Shown: positions 9,299-19,579, counted from the first letter of the stretch. The stretch is 64,000 nucleotides of DNA from a virus (IMGVR_UViG_3300006226_001703:1-64000), one strand, 5' to 3'. Numbers and translations are program-made. The notes: generated from the sequence alone by a model not told the origin.

Positions 9299-10573
9299 TT
9301 AACCTAAAAGGCCTTTTTTCATAGAATTCTTGATACTATCAAAGTTAAGCTTTGGCTCCATGAATTGTTCTACATAAACATCAGTTACAGTTTTAACACT
9401 TTCCTTAACTTTGGTTTGTGTTGCGCCTGCACCTTGTAATGCTCCGCCTGCTTCTTTTCCAGTTGCTTTTGTTGGCCAAGTTTTACCTGGTTTTGTTTCA
9501 CCAGCTGCTCTACCTGAAGAATAACCCCCGGCTAATTGCTGTGGTGATGGAACTGGGATTGGATCTGGGCTAGTTGCATTGTCAGGATTATCTGAATTTG
9601 ATGGAGTTGCCTTTGTTGTTAAAGTTCCCATTTCTGCTGTTGATGGAATATCGAGAAAGCCTTCTTGAAGTGCAGCAATTTTTGCTTGTCTTTCAGCTAT
9701 TCTTGATTTGATTTCTTCATACTTAGAAAGTTTCTGTTTTGGAGCTCTCTTTGCAGCTTCTTCTTTGAGCATTGTGAATTCAGCTTCAGTTAGTTTGCTT
9801 GTTCCTTTGTTCTCTTGTTTCCACTGTTTGTAGTTGTTGATCATTTCCATCATTGGTGCTCCGCCCATTGCTGCTGGGTCTCCGCCTGCCATTGCTGGGT
9901 CAGGTGGCATACCATCTACAGGAGGTTGTCCTGCCATTGGGTCAGCACCCATTGGGTTTGCGCCTGCTTGTGTGAATGGTTGTAATGCAGCTGCTGCTTG
10001 TTCGATTGCGCCTTGCATTGCCATTGGGTCAGCTGCTGGGTCCATACCACCAGCCATTGCATTTGGATCAGCACCCATTGCGTTAGGATCCATTCCGCCT
10101 GCCATTGCATTTGGGTCACCTGCCATTGGGGCACCACCCATTGCTGCTGGGTCAAAACCTGCATCTGCTTCTCGAAGTCGTATGCCATTCTGTGTTGCTT
10201 CATTAAAGTTTTCTTTGAGCATTTTGATTTCTTTATAAGTTATCTTTGCTCCAGGTCCTTCAACTGCCTCTTTGAACTTCTTGTAGTTGCTAATATAAAC
10301 GTCAATTCCGTTTTCTGTTTTAGCTGGCTTAAGAGACTCTTTGATTCTCTGAAGTTCTTTTTCTGTTAGCTTGTCAGTTCCTTTGTTAGCTTTCTTCCAT
10401 TTACGATATTCGTTCACGCGTTCTTTTAATTGACTGTTGTTGGAAGTTTTGCCGCCTTGGGCTCTGAATTGTTCTCTCAAGTTAGCGAGTTCATCTTTCG
10501 TTAACTTGCCGTTGCCTTTTTCTGTGAGTTTCCATGCAGAATACTCACGTACTAAGTCTACAAATGTTTTCAT
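9299..10573 (-). CDS. putative prohead core/scaffold-like protein
   Basis: MKTF start, many L/I-x-E sites, DPxAMxG repeats, repeated YKxWK...KLTE segments; divergent from terminase. Confidence 0.45.
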   Translation of the reverse strand: MKTFVDLVREYSAWKLTEKGNGKLTKDELANLREQFRAQGGKTSNNSQLKERVNEYRKWKKANKGTDKLTEKELQRIKESLKPAKTENGIDVYISNYKKFKEAVEGPGAKITYKEIKMLKENFNEATQNGIRLREADAGFDPAAMGGAPMAGDPNAMAGGMDPNAMGADPNAMAGGMDPAADPMAMQGAIEQAAAALQPFTQAGANPMGADPMAGQPPVDGMPPDPAMAGGDPAAMGGAPMMEMINNYKQWKQENKGTSKLTEAEFTMLKEEAAKRAPKQKLSKYEEIKSRIAERQAKIAALQEGFLDIPSTAEMGTLTTKATPSNSDNPDNATSPDPIPVPSPQQLAGGYSSGRAAGETKPGKTWPTKATGKEAGGALQGAGATQTKVKESVKTVTDVYVEQFMEPKLNFDSIKNSMKKGLLG

Positions 10574-10713
10574 TTTTTTTCTCCTATATAAAGTCTTGCC
10601 ACATTTTACATTTATCGCATTTACGCATTCGTTTAGGTGTGATATTACACAAAGGCCAAAGAGCTGTGACGCAATTCTCTTATTTAATTAGTTATTTATA
10701 ATGACTAATTTAT

Positions 10714-12969
10714 ATGGGTAGAAAAACAGAAGATAATATGCCCGTTGCTTCACAAATAAGCAATCCTTTTACATTGGACTTAAATAAAATCCAAAATACA
10801 AAGATTGATGAAGATGTGTTAAAATACACATTTAAAGATGAAAAGACGTTGCATAATTTGCGTTATATAATAACTGACTTACTACAAGGCGATGGTTCTC
10901 TTGCCAAAAAAGATGAATATGCCTACTTAAACTTTAATCAATTATCTCAAGCATTAAAGTGGTTATTAGAAAATGATTTTGATGAAACTTTTAAAAGCGA
11001 GCTTTTACTTAATCCCCACATGCTTACATTTAAGACTAAACCACCAACACCTGAGGAATTCTTAACTCACAAATATATTGGTAGTATGTGTGAGTTTTTA
11101 TGGGAACCAATGAAGGAAGTTTTTATTGACTTTCTTGACCCATTTAAACCTCACCGTTCTGGAATATGGAACACATCAATTGGTAGCGGTAAATCAACAC
11201 TAACTATCTTAATCCTGTTATACATCGCATTACATTATGCACTAATGAGGAACCCGAGAAAATTCTTCAGCTTTCCAGATAGTGCTGTTTTCGTTGTAGT
11301 ACTTTGTGCTGTTACTCAGTCAAAGGCATCTGAAATTTATACTGAACCAATTCAACAGATGTTAGAATCATCTACATTCTGGAAACAGTGTAGAACAGCC
11401 CAGGAGATGTTATCTGAGGACAGACGTTTAATTGAAAACGATAACGTTGATTATATACCCTGGAGACCAGCCGGTAAAACTGGTAATACAGTAATAACTA
11501 CTGGGAATAATCTAAACTGGAAGCAGATATCTCAAGCAAACGCTCTTTTGGGTATGCAAATCTTAATGGGAGCAATGACTGAAATTACGTTCTTCCTCGA
11601 AGCAGGAAAAGGTTGGACTAATGAGAAACTTCTAACTTTCTTTTCCAAATTACGACAAAGAATTAGCAACCGTTTCAAAAACAACTATTATGCTCGCTTC
11701 ATACTTGACTCTTCACCATCAACATTAGAAGACGCAATTCAGAATTGGGTTACACATGATGCGCCAAAGAATATTGAAAATCTCGTTTGGACTGGTAGTA
11801 GATGGAAACTATACCCATGGGAATTTCCTGACTTTATTGATTATGACAAGAGCACTAAAGAGTCAAAAGAGCATCATAATTTTGATGTTGGTTTTCAACT
11901 CTTCAAAGGTGGCAATGGTAAACCCCCAGTAGTTTGTGAGATGGAATCTGAAGCTGCTCTTTATGAGGATGCCGACAAAGTTTGGTGTCCAATTAAGCAA
12001 GTAGCATCACAGGGTATCACAAACTTTTTAGATAAGGCACGAGAAAATCCAATTGAGTTCATGAAAGACTATGCAGGCATTCCTGCCGGTCAAGCTGATA
12101 GATTATTCTATCAAGGACATTGGATAGAGAATTGTTTTGCAAATGGAATGAAAAATGTTTATGGGTCAATTATAGCATTAGCTGATGAAGAGCCTGAACA
12201 TCTTATTTGGAACCAAGTTCATCATATGTTCTTCAATAAGATTCTAAACAAATACTACTATTACTATGAGCCCGACATTCCTCGCGTAATATCTGTTGAC
12301 CAATCAAAATCAAAAGACTGTACTTGTATCGCTATGAGTCACATTGAAAGAGACCCAACTAGAATTGACCCTTATACTAACCAACCAATTATCGTTTATG
12401 TTACTGACTTTACTATTGTGTTAGTCCCAAAAGGCGGGCTTATCAATTTAGATGCAGTTAAGTTCTTCATTTATGACTTGAGAAGAATTGGCGGACTAAA
12501 CATCAAACATGTTTCCTTTGACGGTTATCAATCTGAACCAACTAAACAGTTCCTCAAGAGAATTGGCTTCACAGTTGATTATGTTTCAGTTGATATGAAT
12601 AACGAACCATACCATAACTTCTTTGATCTCGTCATTCATAATCGTTGGCATTGTGGTAAGAACATATTTGTCAAGAACAATATGAAAAGTCTACATCAAA
12701 CTAAAAAGAGAAGTGGCGCAACTAAAATTGATCACTTTCCTGGAGACTTGAATTATGACTGGCAAAATGGAAACTGGGAGACATGTCAAGCTGGTGTTAA
12801 TGCAAAAGATACAACTGACGCAATAGCAGCAAATATTCAACTCATTGACACTTATGCAACTGAGTTTGTTCCTTCAAAAATTTGGAGAAGTGATGCTGTG
12901 TTTGAAAGGTCATACGATAACTTGAAAGAGAAAAATCAAGCAGTAATGGACAAATACAACTTCATTTAA
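10714..12969 (+). CDS. terL: terminase large subunit
   Basis: Walker A SIGSGKST, ILDSS coupling motif, RNase H-like acidic motifs SVDQSKSKD, SFDGYQS, KDTTDAIA. Confidence 0.85.
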   Translation: MGRKTEDNMPVASQISNPFTLDLNKIQNTKIDEDVLKYTFKDEKTLHNLRYIITDLLQGDGSLAKKDEYAYLNFNQLSQALKWLLENDFDETFKSELLLNPHMLTFKTKPPTPEEFLTHKYIGSMCEFLWEPMKEVFIDFLDPFKPHRSGIWNTSIGSGKSTLTILILLYIALHYALMRNPRKFFSFPDSAVFVVVLCAVTQSKASEIYTEPIQQMLESSTFWKQCRTAQEMLSEDRRLIENDNVDYIPWRPAGKTGNTVITTGNNLNWKQISQANALLGMQILMGAMTEITFFLEAGKGWTNEKLLTFFSKLRQRISNRFKNNYYARFILDSSPSTLEDAIQNWVTHDAPKNIENLVWTGSRWKLYPWEFPDFIDYDKSTKESKEHHNFDVGFQLFKGGNGKPPVVCEMESEAALYEDADKVWCPIKQVASQGITNFLDKARENPIEFMKDYAGIPAGQADRLFYQGHWIENCFANGMKNVYGSIIALADEEPEHLIWNQVHHMFFNKILNKYYYYYEPDIPRVISVDQSKSKDCTCIAMSHIERDPTRIDPYTNQPIIVYVTDFTIVLVPKGGLINLDAVKFFIYDLRRIGGLNIKHVSFDGYQSEPTKQFLKRIGFTVDYVSVDMNNEPYHNFFDLVIHNRWHCGKNIFVKNNMKSLHQTKKRSGATKIDHFPGDLNYDWQNGNWETCQAGVNAKDTTDAIAANIQLIDTYATEFVPSKIWRSDAVFERSYDNLKEKNQAVMDKYNFI

Positions 12970-12972
12970 AGC

Positions 12973-13012
12973 AAAAAAAGGACCCCGCCATCAACGATGG
13001 ACAGGGCCCCCA
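12973..13012 (-). terminator. terminator between convergent terminase and 13031..13870 genes
   Basis: GC-rich imperfect hairpin around CCATC/GATGG with a T-run on - strand. Confidence 0.6.
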
Positions 13013-13030
13013 AAGGGAGGCTAGTTTAGT

Positions 13031-13870
13031 TTAGAAGTTCCATACCCGGATGTCTTCAATTTTCACATCCTTGTCCCACTTCTGCCTTCTTTCGAATTCC
13101 TTCTGGATGGCAGCCTGGCGAAGAACCTCATGGTTTTCAAGGGTCCGTAAGTGGGCCCAGTCGAACCTTACTGCTTGCTCCGCAGAGACGGAGTTTTTGC
13201 TTGCATCCTCGTGCTCGTAGTGAACTACAAACTTGATGCTCTTGTCATTAATCTTGGTAACAGTTATTTTGGACCAGTTGTTGGAGCGGGCCCTGGCATA
13301 ATTGCCGTTCAAGTCGTACATGTAAGTTCCGCCAACACGGAATCCGATATCAGCTTGTCTCTTCATTTCCTCAAGCTGTTTGATGTCGTCGTTTATCTGC
13401 CACTCGTTCCGGAGGTCAGTGTTCCACGCACCAGGGCTTTCCAGTCCATTAAAAAGTTCCGCAATTTCGTGATTATTCATCTGGATGCTGGAAACTGTCT
13501 GGGCAACTCTTTGGCTCCAGTCGAGGAAGCGGGTGATGTCCTTCTCTCTGTTTGAGGAGTGACTCACTTCAGTTATAGTTGAACCGCCGTCCTTGGCGAC
13601 ATTCAGTTTCATTTCAAATTCGTTGTACCTTTCATCTGGATTAAGGTTGAAAGTTAACCGCCACTGGGTAATCCCGGGCTCGTTTCTCCAACTGTCATTG
13701 TCATAGGAACGAAGGTTTAATGTACCCTCAAGGTTGCTGAAAAAGCCACGAACCTTTTCACTGTTCCGAACGGACATTTCATTTGAAATTGTCTCACGTT
13801 CGAGCTGGTATGCCTTGAGTTCCTCAAGTTCCTTATTAAGTTTTTCAATTCCTCTTTCATAGTTTGTCAT
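13031..13870 (-). CDS. hypothetical early protein (visibly more GC-rich than neighbours)
   Basis: 279-aa ORF with own promoter motif, GGGAGA RBS and terminator. Confidence 0.75.
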   Translation of the reverse strand: MTNYERGIEKLNKELEELKAYQLERETISNEMSVRNSEKVRGFFSNLEGTLNLRSYDNDSWRNEPGITQWRLTFNLNPDERYNEFEMKLNVAKDGGSTITEVSHSSNREKDITRFLDWSQRVAQTVSSIQMNNHEIAELFNGLESPGAWNTDLRNEWQINDDIKQLEEMKRQADIGFRVGGTYMYDLNGNYARARSNNWSKITVTKINDKSIKFVVHYEHEDASKNSVSAEQAVRFDWAHLRTLENHEVLRQAAIQKEFERRQKWDKDVKIEDIRVWNF

Positions 13871-13877
13871 GTTATTC

Positions 13878-13930
13878 TCTCCCTTTAACTTGATAATAAT
13901 ATATAAGATGGATAGAATTGATGTTCAAAA
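13878..13930 (-). promoter_or_regulatory. class I (early-type) promoter/RBS block TTTTGAACA-N14-CTTATATATTA
   Basis: 34 bp (13878-13911) identical to 33397-33430, with the same spacing to TTTTGAACA. Confidence 0.7.
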
Positions 13931-13948
13931 CTTCTACTAATTCTTATA

Positions 13949-14344
13949 ATGAGATTATTTGAAGAAATAGCCGAATCTACAGCAAAAAAGGCCCTCAAGA
14001 AGCTATATAAGGATTTAGGCTTTTATGTGAATATTGATGGAAACTTTGAGTCTGGTTGTGTTGTCAATGTTAGTGACACAGAGAATGAGTTTGACTTTTT
14101 TGATAAGAATTCGTCTGGAATATCATTTGGGATTATTCAAGATGATGGAGATATTACGATAAACTTTTGGTCGATTAGATTAGCGGATCATTACAAAGGG
14201 CATGGATTAGCCCGCAAGTTTATTGATGGTTATGTTGATATTCTTAAGCCAAAGAGAATAATAGCAACTGACGTAGCTCAAGAAGGCTTTTGTCAGTGGT
14301 TAGAAAAAGCTTACCCAAATATTGATGTCGTTATTGAAGATTAA
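13949..14344 (+). CDS. GNAT-like acetyltransferase
   Basis: SIRLADHYKGHGLARKF resembles the GNAT acetyl-CoA-binding motif A. Confidence 0.5.
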   Translation: MRLFEEIAESTAKKALKKLYKDLGFYVNIDGNFESGCVVNVSDTENEFDFFDKNSSGISFGIIQDDGDITINFWSIRLADHYKGHGLARKFIDGYVDILKPKRIIATDVAQEGFCQWLEKAYPNIDVVIED

Positions 14345-14769
14345 AAGCCCTTGAATTCAGGGAGATCCTTTTCTAAAAAAGTCATTTGAAGATCCATAAT
14401 ACCAAGTTGGACTAAACTTTCATCAACTGATTTATCTTCGAGAATAACTTCTTCAGGTAATTTTCCTTCTGAAATTAGCCGCTTAATAAACTGAGGAAAA
14501 AAGTTAGCAGCTTCTTCTGCTAATCCAAAAACTTCTTTACTGTAATATGGAAATATAAAACGTTGTTCTGAAATCCTTTTCGCAACCTTTGGGCATAACA
14601 ACTTAAACTTCAAACTATTAAGTTCATCCACTTCTTCAATAACCGGTTTGCCCAAAAAGACTACACATTGATAGAGTGCAGTTGAAGCTGCTCTTCCACC
14701 TCTTTGTGATTGTTCCTTATCTCGTTGTATCAATTTACTAAAATCTAATTTTTCACTCATATTTGCCAT
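14341..14769 (-). CDS. hypothetical protein
   Basis: 142-aa ORF coupled to GroEL stop. Confidence 0.7.
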   Translation of the reverse strand: MANMSEKLDFSKLIQRDKEQSQRGGRAASTALYQCVVFLGKPVIEEVDELNSLKFKLLCPKVAKRISEQRFIFPYYSKEVFGLAEEAANFFPQFIKRLISEGKLPEEVILEDKSVDESLVQLGIMDLQMTFLEKDLPEFKGF

Positions 14770-16418
14770 TAATTTATACCGTCCTCATTTAATACACTAT
14801 CTAAAGATTCTATATACATATTTGGAGCGTCAGTTACTATTACAGTTTCAACACTCATAAATTGTTCAGTCATATTAGTTGCATATGTTACACTGTTCTT
14901 AATTACTTCATAGGGGTCAATTATCCCAGATGCAACCATATCAGTTAAGTTCCCTTCTTTTGAATTATAACCACTCTTATTATCTAATGCTAAAATTTCC
15001 GGTATGATAGACTCATGATCAGCACCAGAAGAATTGATTAGAATCTTAGCAGGCGCTTTTATCGCATTAAGAAATGCCTTAACAGCTGCAACATGATTTA
15101 AGCCAACGGATAATTCTTTTCCACCTTTGTAAGCAATTCTCAATAATGGAGTTCCACCACCAGGAATAAAACCACCAGTTAAAGCAGCTCTAACTGCATT
15201 GACAGCATCCTCATATCTATCTTTCTTTTCTTCTAATTCAGTTAACGTAATACCACCAACATAAATTGTTGCAATGCCGCCAGTCATTTTAGCAATTCTT
15301 TCTTTTATCGTTTGTAATTGATATCCAGAATAGCCAATTTCAGTTCCTTCATAATCAACTTTAGCTCTTAATTGTTCGATATGTTTGTTGTATCTTTCAT
15401 CATCAAAGTGAGCGCCAATAATTGCTGTCTTATCTTTGTTAATAATAACTTGTGTTGATGTACCAAGATATTCTTCCTTATAATCATTTAACTCAAAATC
15501 ATAATACATAATTTTAGCATTAGTCATAACAGCTAAATCTATCAAATTATCATTTATGTTTTCACGAGACACACCAGGTGCTAAAACTAATGAACCAATT
15601 ACAGTTTTCTTATTTAACATATCACGAAACCAAGCCATTACTTCATGAGAAAAATCTGGTGCAATTATTACGATTGGTTTTTTGTTTAATTGGAGAGGCT
15701 GAATTATCAGTTGTAAATCTTCGACATCATTTAACACTTCAGATGAGAACAGGAAGTTGGGCTCTTCTAAAATGCATTGGTCATGGGATGCATTGATACA
15801 TTCACTTGACAAAAATCCTCTATCAAATTCTAATCCAGATCTCGTTTTAACAGCTGTTTCACCTTTACGAGATAAGCTATCTGCTAGAGTTACAATGCCA
15901 TTATCACCGATGGAGATAAAAGCTTGCTTAACTGTTTCAGCAATTTCTAAATCGTTATTAGCCGAAGTTTTCGCTATATTGAAAATATCATGTTCATTTT
16001 CTATTTCATGTTTATAAGTTACTAATTCATTTAACACATAGTCACTAGCAATTTGAAAACCTTCTTTTAAGTGATTGATGTCAATACCTTTCACTAAAAG
16101 TTTGTAAGCCTCTTTACATAATTCAGCAGTCAAAATAGTTACTGATGTTGAACCATCACCACCCATAAAATTGCTTTTACCAGCAGCCTCTTTGATTAAC
16201 ATTGCTCCAAAGTTTTTGGCCTCATCTGAAAACTTTAATTCCTTTGCAACAGTTATACCATCTTTTGTAGTTCTAAATGAGCCGCCTTTGTCGAATGCTG
16301 CTGTTCTACCTTTTGGTCCATAAGTTGATGCGACAGTTTTTGATACTTCTAATATTCCATCGAGAACTCGTTGTCTACCTTCGTTACCTCTAAATATCTT
16401 TTTTCCATACGTTGCCAT
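14769..16418 (-). CDS. groEL: chaperonin GroEL
   Basis: TYGPKGR, TKDGITVAKE, GDGSTS, FDRG, IKERIAKMTGG, YEDAVNAVRAA, PGGG, GIIDP motifs. Confidence 0.95.
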   Translation of the reverse strand: MATYGKKIFRGNEGRQRVLDGILEVSKTVASTYGPKGRTAAFDKGGSFRTTKDGITVAKELKFSDEAKNFGAMLIKEAAGKSNFMGGDGSTSVTILTAELCKEAYKLLVKGIDINHLKEGFQIASDYVLNELVTYKHEIENEHDIFNIAKTSANNDLEIAETVKQAFISIGDNGIVTLADSLSRKGETAVKTRSGLEFDRGFLSSECINASHDQCILEEPNFLFSSEVLNDVEDLQLIIQPLQLNKKPIVIIAPDFSHEVMAWFRDMLNKKTVIGSLVLAPGVSRENINDNLIDLAVMTNAKIMYYDFELNDYKEEYLGTSTQVIINKDKTAIIGAHFDDERYNKHIEQLRAKVDYEGTEIGYSGYQLQTIKERIAKMTGGIATIYVGGITLTELEEKKDRYEDAVNAVRAALTGGFIPGGGTPLLRIAYKGGKELSVGLNHVAAVKAFLNAIKAPAKILINSSGADHESIIPEILALDNKSGYNSKEGNLTDMVASGIIDPYEVIKNSVTYATNMTEQFMSVETVIVTDAPNMYIESLDSVLNEDGIN

Positions 16419-16420
16419 AT

Positions 16421-16807
16421 TTATACCTCTAATGTTGTTATAGTTTCAATTTCTTTTTTACAGTCCTCATAATCTTGTATGATTGACTTATATAATGATT
16501 CAATAAAGTGTTGTTTGAACTTAGTTAAAGCAAGTTCATTTATATCTTTTTGAATTGTCATAATTTCTGAATCAATATCTTCTTTCTGTTTGAATAAGTG
16601 TGATAATTTACTAAAAATCTCTTGTGATTTATCACATTCACAATACATCTTCCAATTATTTTCAAACTTAGTAACTTGCATTTTTCCCTCACAAAAAGGA
16701 CATAATGCTTCTTCACCTTCCAAATTAATGTAAGTGCTAGAAATTGAATCTTTCTGATGTATGATGCCCCTTTTTATGAGGACTATTAGTTCTTCTCTAT
16801 TAAACAT
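16421..16807 (-). CDS. Zn-ribbon/coiled-coil hypothetical protein
   Basis: CPFC...CEC motif. Confidence 0.65.
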   Translation of the reverse strand: MFNREELIVLIKRGIIHQKDSISSTYINLEGEEALCPFCEGKMQVTKFENNWKMYCECDKSQEIFSKLSHLFKQKEDIDSEIMTIQKDINELALTKFKQHFIESLYKSIIQDYEDCKKEIETITTLEV

Positions 16808-16822
16808 ATACTTTTATATTAA

Positions 16823-18676
16823 CTAATCTTCTACTACTTCAGAAATGTAATTCACTATTTCATCAGCAGAGAAATTTGAAAAATATTCTCCATCATCTTT
16901 ATATATAAGCGGCTTATCTTTAATACTTAACAATGACAAATGCTCCAAGAAAACTTCTTTTGCTTTTCGACTAAACTTTAATTGTCCGCTTGCTTCATCT
17001 GGTGAGTTAACGAACTTACCCTGCTTGTCGATACAAAGTTTAACGAAATTAATTGCCTTTTCAATTATCTCAGGAGTTGCTCTTCCAAAACGATATCTAA
17101 TTGTGTTGCTTCTCACTTGACGGGGTGGAACAATTTGTTGTTGATACTTAATCTCTCTAGTTGGACGTACTGTTACTTCTTCTGGGATATCTACAACTTG
17201 ATCAACAACCGATTCTTTTTCCTCGGTGTATGCCGCCATTTCTTCCATTGTAGTTGGTAATGGTGGAAGTTCTTCTTTTTCCCATTGTGTCAACTTTTCT
17301 TCTATGACTTCCATTGGTTGCGGTTGAGCTTCTGGTGCATCAGCAGGAAAAAGTCTATCAAAATCTTTAATAGTTGATTCAACTGCTTTTTTCATATCTG
17401 GAAAAGGTGGCTGTTCTGGAGCAGGATATTCTTTCTTTTTTCTTGGCTTTCGTTTTTTAACAGGTGGAGGAGGCGGGTCATTCTCAGGTGGCCTATACAA
17501 TGGGTTTGGGTCAGGCTCACCTAATACTAATGGTTCCTCATCTTCATCAATAACTGTCTCTTTAACTTTTGGAGTTGGGTTTTCATTTATTACGTAACCA
17601 ATATCTTCATCAGCATATAGTTCGATAATTTCATTGAATGTTCTATCTTCTGGTAATGAGCGTTTGAAATACTTCAAGATTAAGCCATTTATTCTAACAG
17701 CAGGGGCACATTGGAAAATAGTTAACTCTAATAAAAGTGATGCTAATAACAATATGAAAATCTTAATATGTTCTGGCGGGATTCTTCCACCAGTGTAGTT
17801 ACTAAAACCTTCAAACATATAAGTGAGGCCTTTGTCATGAATGATTTTGATTTCTTCATTCTGAATTTGTTCAGTCAATATGATTAATGCAATATTTCCA
17901 TTTGTTGCTTCAACATCAGCTTGTTCAATTAACATTAAAAGCTCATCATTTAATATTGATATTTGTCCTTCCATATCACTTTTTGATGCTTCAAATGTTG
18001 CTTGAATTCTAGTTCTTTCTGCCTCTGCTCTATTTCTAGTAGCTCTAACTTGAGTTAAATATGTTGACTGTGCTTGAAAGGCTTGATTAGCTGCAACCCA
18101 TTCTTCTGATTCTCTATCCATTATGTTGTCACGATCTAACCTTAATTGTGCAAATCTTGCTTCAGCTGCTCTAACGAGTGAATCTTCTTCCATCCAAATT
18201 TCATTTGCTGTTATCCAAGGTTGAAACTCCATGTATGTTGCAACATTTGCTGATTGACGTATGCTTACTATTTCATCCATTTTGTACTCAATAGCAGCTC
18301 GTCTTGATAATAGGATCTCTAAACCTGAATCTCTAATAGTTTGGGTTCTTGAAGTGATATAAGTTGAAAAACCAAGTGATGCTATAACGGATAATAAGCC
18401 ATAGACTAGATACCAACTGAATAAAGTGCGCGACTTTCTCAATAGTGGCTTGTAATTCAATTTTAGATATAGTGATTTTACGACATTAATAGAAATGACT
18501 GTAGTGAGTTTAGCACCTTCCAACGCAAGGGAAAGCGCTAATAAGAGATATGTCCAACCTGGGTCTAACGCAGTGAACAAAAACACATTGAACATAGCAG
18601 ATGCAATAGCTGCTATAATAAATGCTAGATACCTAGCCCCAATGTAAACATTGGAATCTGATAAAACTTTTTTCAT
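16823..18676 (-). CDS. membrane protein with coiled-coil and Pro-rich regions
   Basis: three N-terminal hydrophobic segments, LEGAKL, coiled coil, a further TM segment, Pro/Glu-rich tail. Confidence 0.7.
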   Translation of the reverse strand: MKKVLSDSNVYIGARYLAFIIAAIASAMFNVFLFTALDPGWTYLLLALSLALEGAKLTTVISINVVKSLYLKLNYKPLLRKSRTLFSWYLVYGLLSVIASLGFSTYITSRTQTIRDSGLEILLSRRAAIEYKMDEIVSIRQSANVATYMEFQPWITANEIWMEEDSLVRAAEARFAQLRLDRDNIMDRESEEWVAANQAFQAQSTYLTQVRATRNRAEAERTRIQATFEASKSDMEGQISILNDELLMLIEQADVEATNGNIALIILTEQIQNEEIKIIHDKGLTYMFEGFSNYTGGRIPPEHIKIFILLLASLLLELTIFQCAPAVRINGLILKYFKRSLPEDRTFNEIIELYADEDIGYVINENPTPKVKETVIDEDEEPLVLGEPDPNPLYRPPENDPPPPPVKKRKPRKKKEYPAPEQPPFPDMKKAVESTIKDFDRLFPADAPEAQPQPMEVIEEKLTQWEKEELPPLPTTMEEMAAYTEEKESVVDQVVDIPEEVTVRPTREIKYQQQIVPPRQVRSNTIRYRFGRATPEIIEKAINFVKLCIDKQGKFVNSPDEASGQLKFSRKAKEVFLEHLSLLSIKDKPLIYKDDGEYFSNFSADEIVNYISEVVED

Positions 18677-18709
18677 TTTTTCTCCATTGACAAAATATTG
18701 TTCTATTAT

Positions 18710-18964
18710 TTAGTCATCTTTTCTTTCGGAAGGAGAAAAAACTTTAGTTACCCTAATTCCATAGTTCTCGTCAATACTTACGACTTCACCTTCTGCGTAC
18801 TTAACGTTATTCACATAAACTGTAACAGGCTCGTCAGCATTTTTATCCAATTCGACAATAGTACCCACGCCAAATTGAAGGATATCTTTCACATTCTTTT
18901 TTACTGAGCCCAACCTTGCTGTTAGTTCAACGTTAACATTCTGTATGTTTTGATAATTATCCAT
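18710..18964 (-). CDS. fliN: FliN/FliY C-terminal (SpoA/FliMN_C) domain protein
   Basis: VELTARLG..KKNVKDILQFGVGTIVELDKNADEPVTVYVNNVKYAEGEVVSIDENYGIRVT is a textbook FliN domain. Confidence 0.9.
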   Translation of the reverse strand: MDNYQNIQNVNVELTARLGSVKKNVKDILQFGVGTIVELDKNADEPVTVYVNNVKYAEGEVVSIDENYGIRVTKVFSPSERKDD

Positions 18965-19007
18965 TATTTTAGATTAACTTAAGCTGCCCCAGCTCAACTT
19001 TTAGTTT

Positions 19008-19496
19008 TTAGTCCTTTTTCTCTATTTGAAGTCCACCAAAGATTGGGATCTTTTTAGGTGCTACCTCTTCTCGAGGAGGAATTGTGATAGTTAACAAACC
19101 ATTGTCGAATGTTACTTTGACTTGTTCTCTATCGAAATATCGAGGATCTACTTTCCAATTGGTTTCGACTCTCTCGATTCTCTTGAGTCCAAGTTGTAGA
19201 TAATAGTTGTTACTATCCTCTTTTCTGTCGTCTACTTTGTTTGGCACATCTACAACCAACTTAAGATTATCTCCGTCAAATGCGAGATTAATCCAGTCCT
19301 CGTGAATACCTGCCAATGCGGCTTGAATTGTTAGAGTCTTACTCTTTTGGTCAATTATGATATTAGTTGGTGGAAATGGTTGTGAAGCTATTTGCTTGTT
19401 AAACCTTGATGGTTGTAATGCAGATTGAAATGCAAAAACGTCGTTGAACATATCGTCGAAAATGTCGAATATGTCCCTATAGTACTTATTACTCAT
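19008..19496 (-). CDS. small heat-shock protein Hsp20
   Basis: FPPTNI...QAALAGI...VKVTFDNGLLTITIP alpha-crystallin pattern. Confidence 0.85.
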   Translation of the reverse strand: MSNKYYRDIFDIFDDMFNDVFAFQSALQPSRFNKQIASQPFPPTNIIIDQKSKTLTIQAALAGIHEDWINLAFDGDNLKLVVDVPNKVDDRKEDSNNYYLQLGLKRIERVETNWKVDPRYFDREQVKVTFDNGLLTITIPPREEVAPKKIPIFGGLQIEKKD

Positions 19497-19579
19497 AGTT
19501 ACTCTCCTTGAGATACATCTTTAATAAGTCCGTGCTGGGGTTTTACGGCACTTTTATGATGTTCTCTATAAATTATATT

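Noticed and set aside
9834-10369. + strand ORFs 9834..10238 and 9998..10369, and alternative-frame 9916..10203
   Set aside because: Shadow ORFs of the repetitive - strand gene 9299..10573; no RBS and implausible composition
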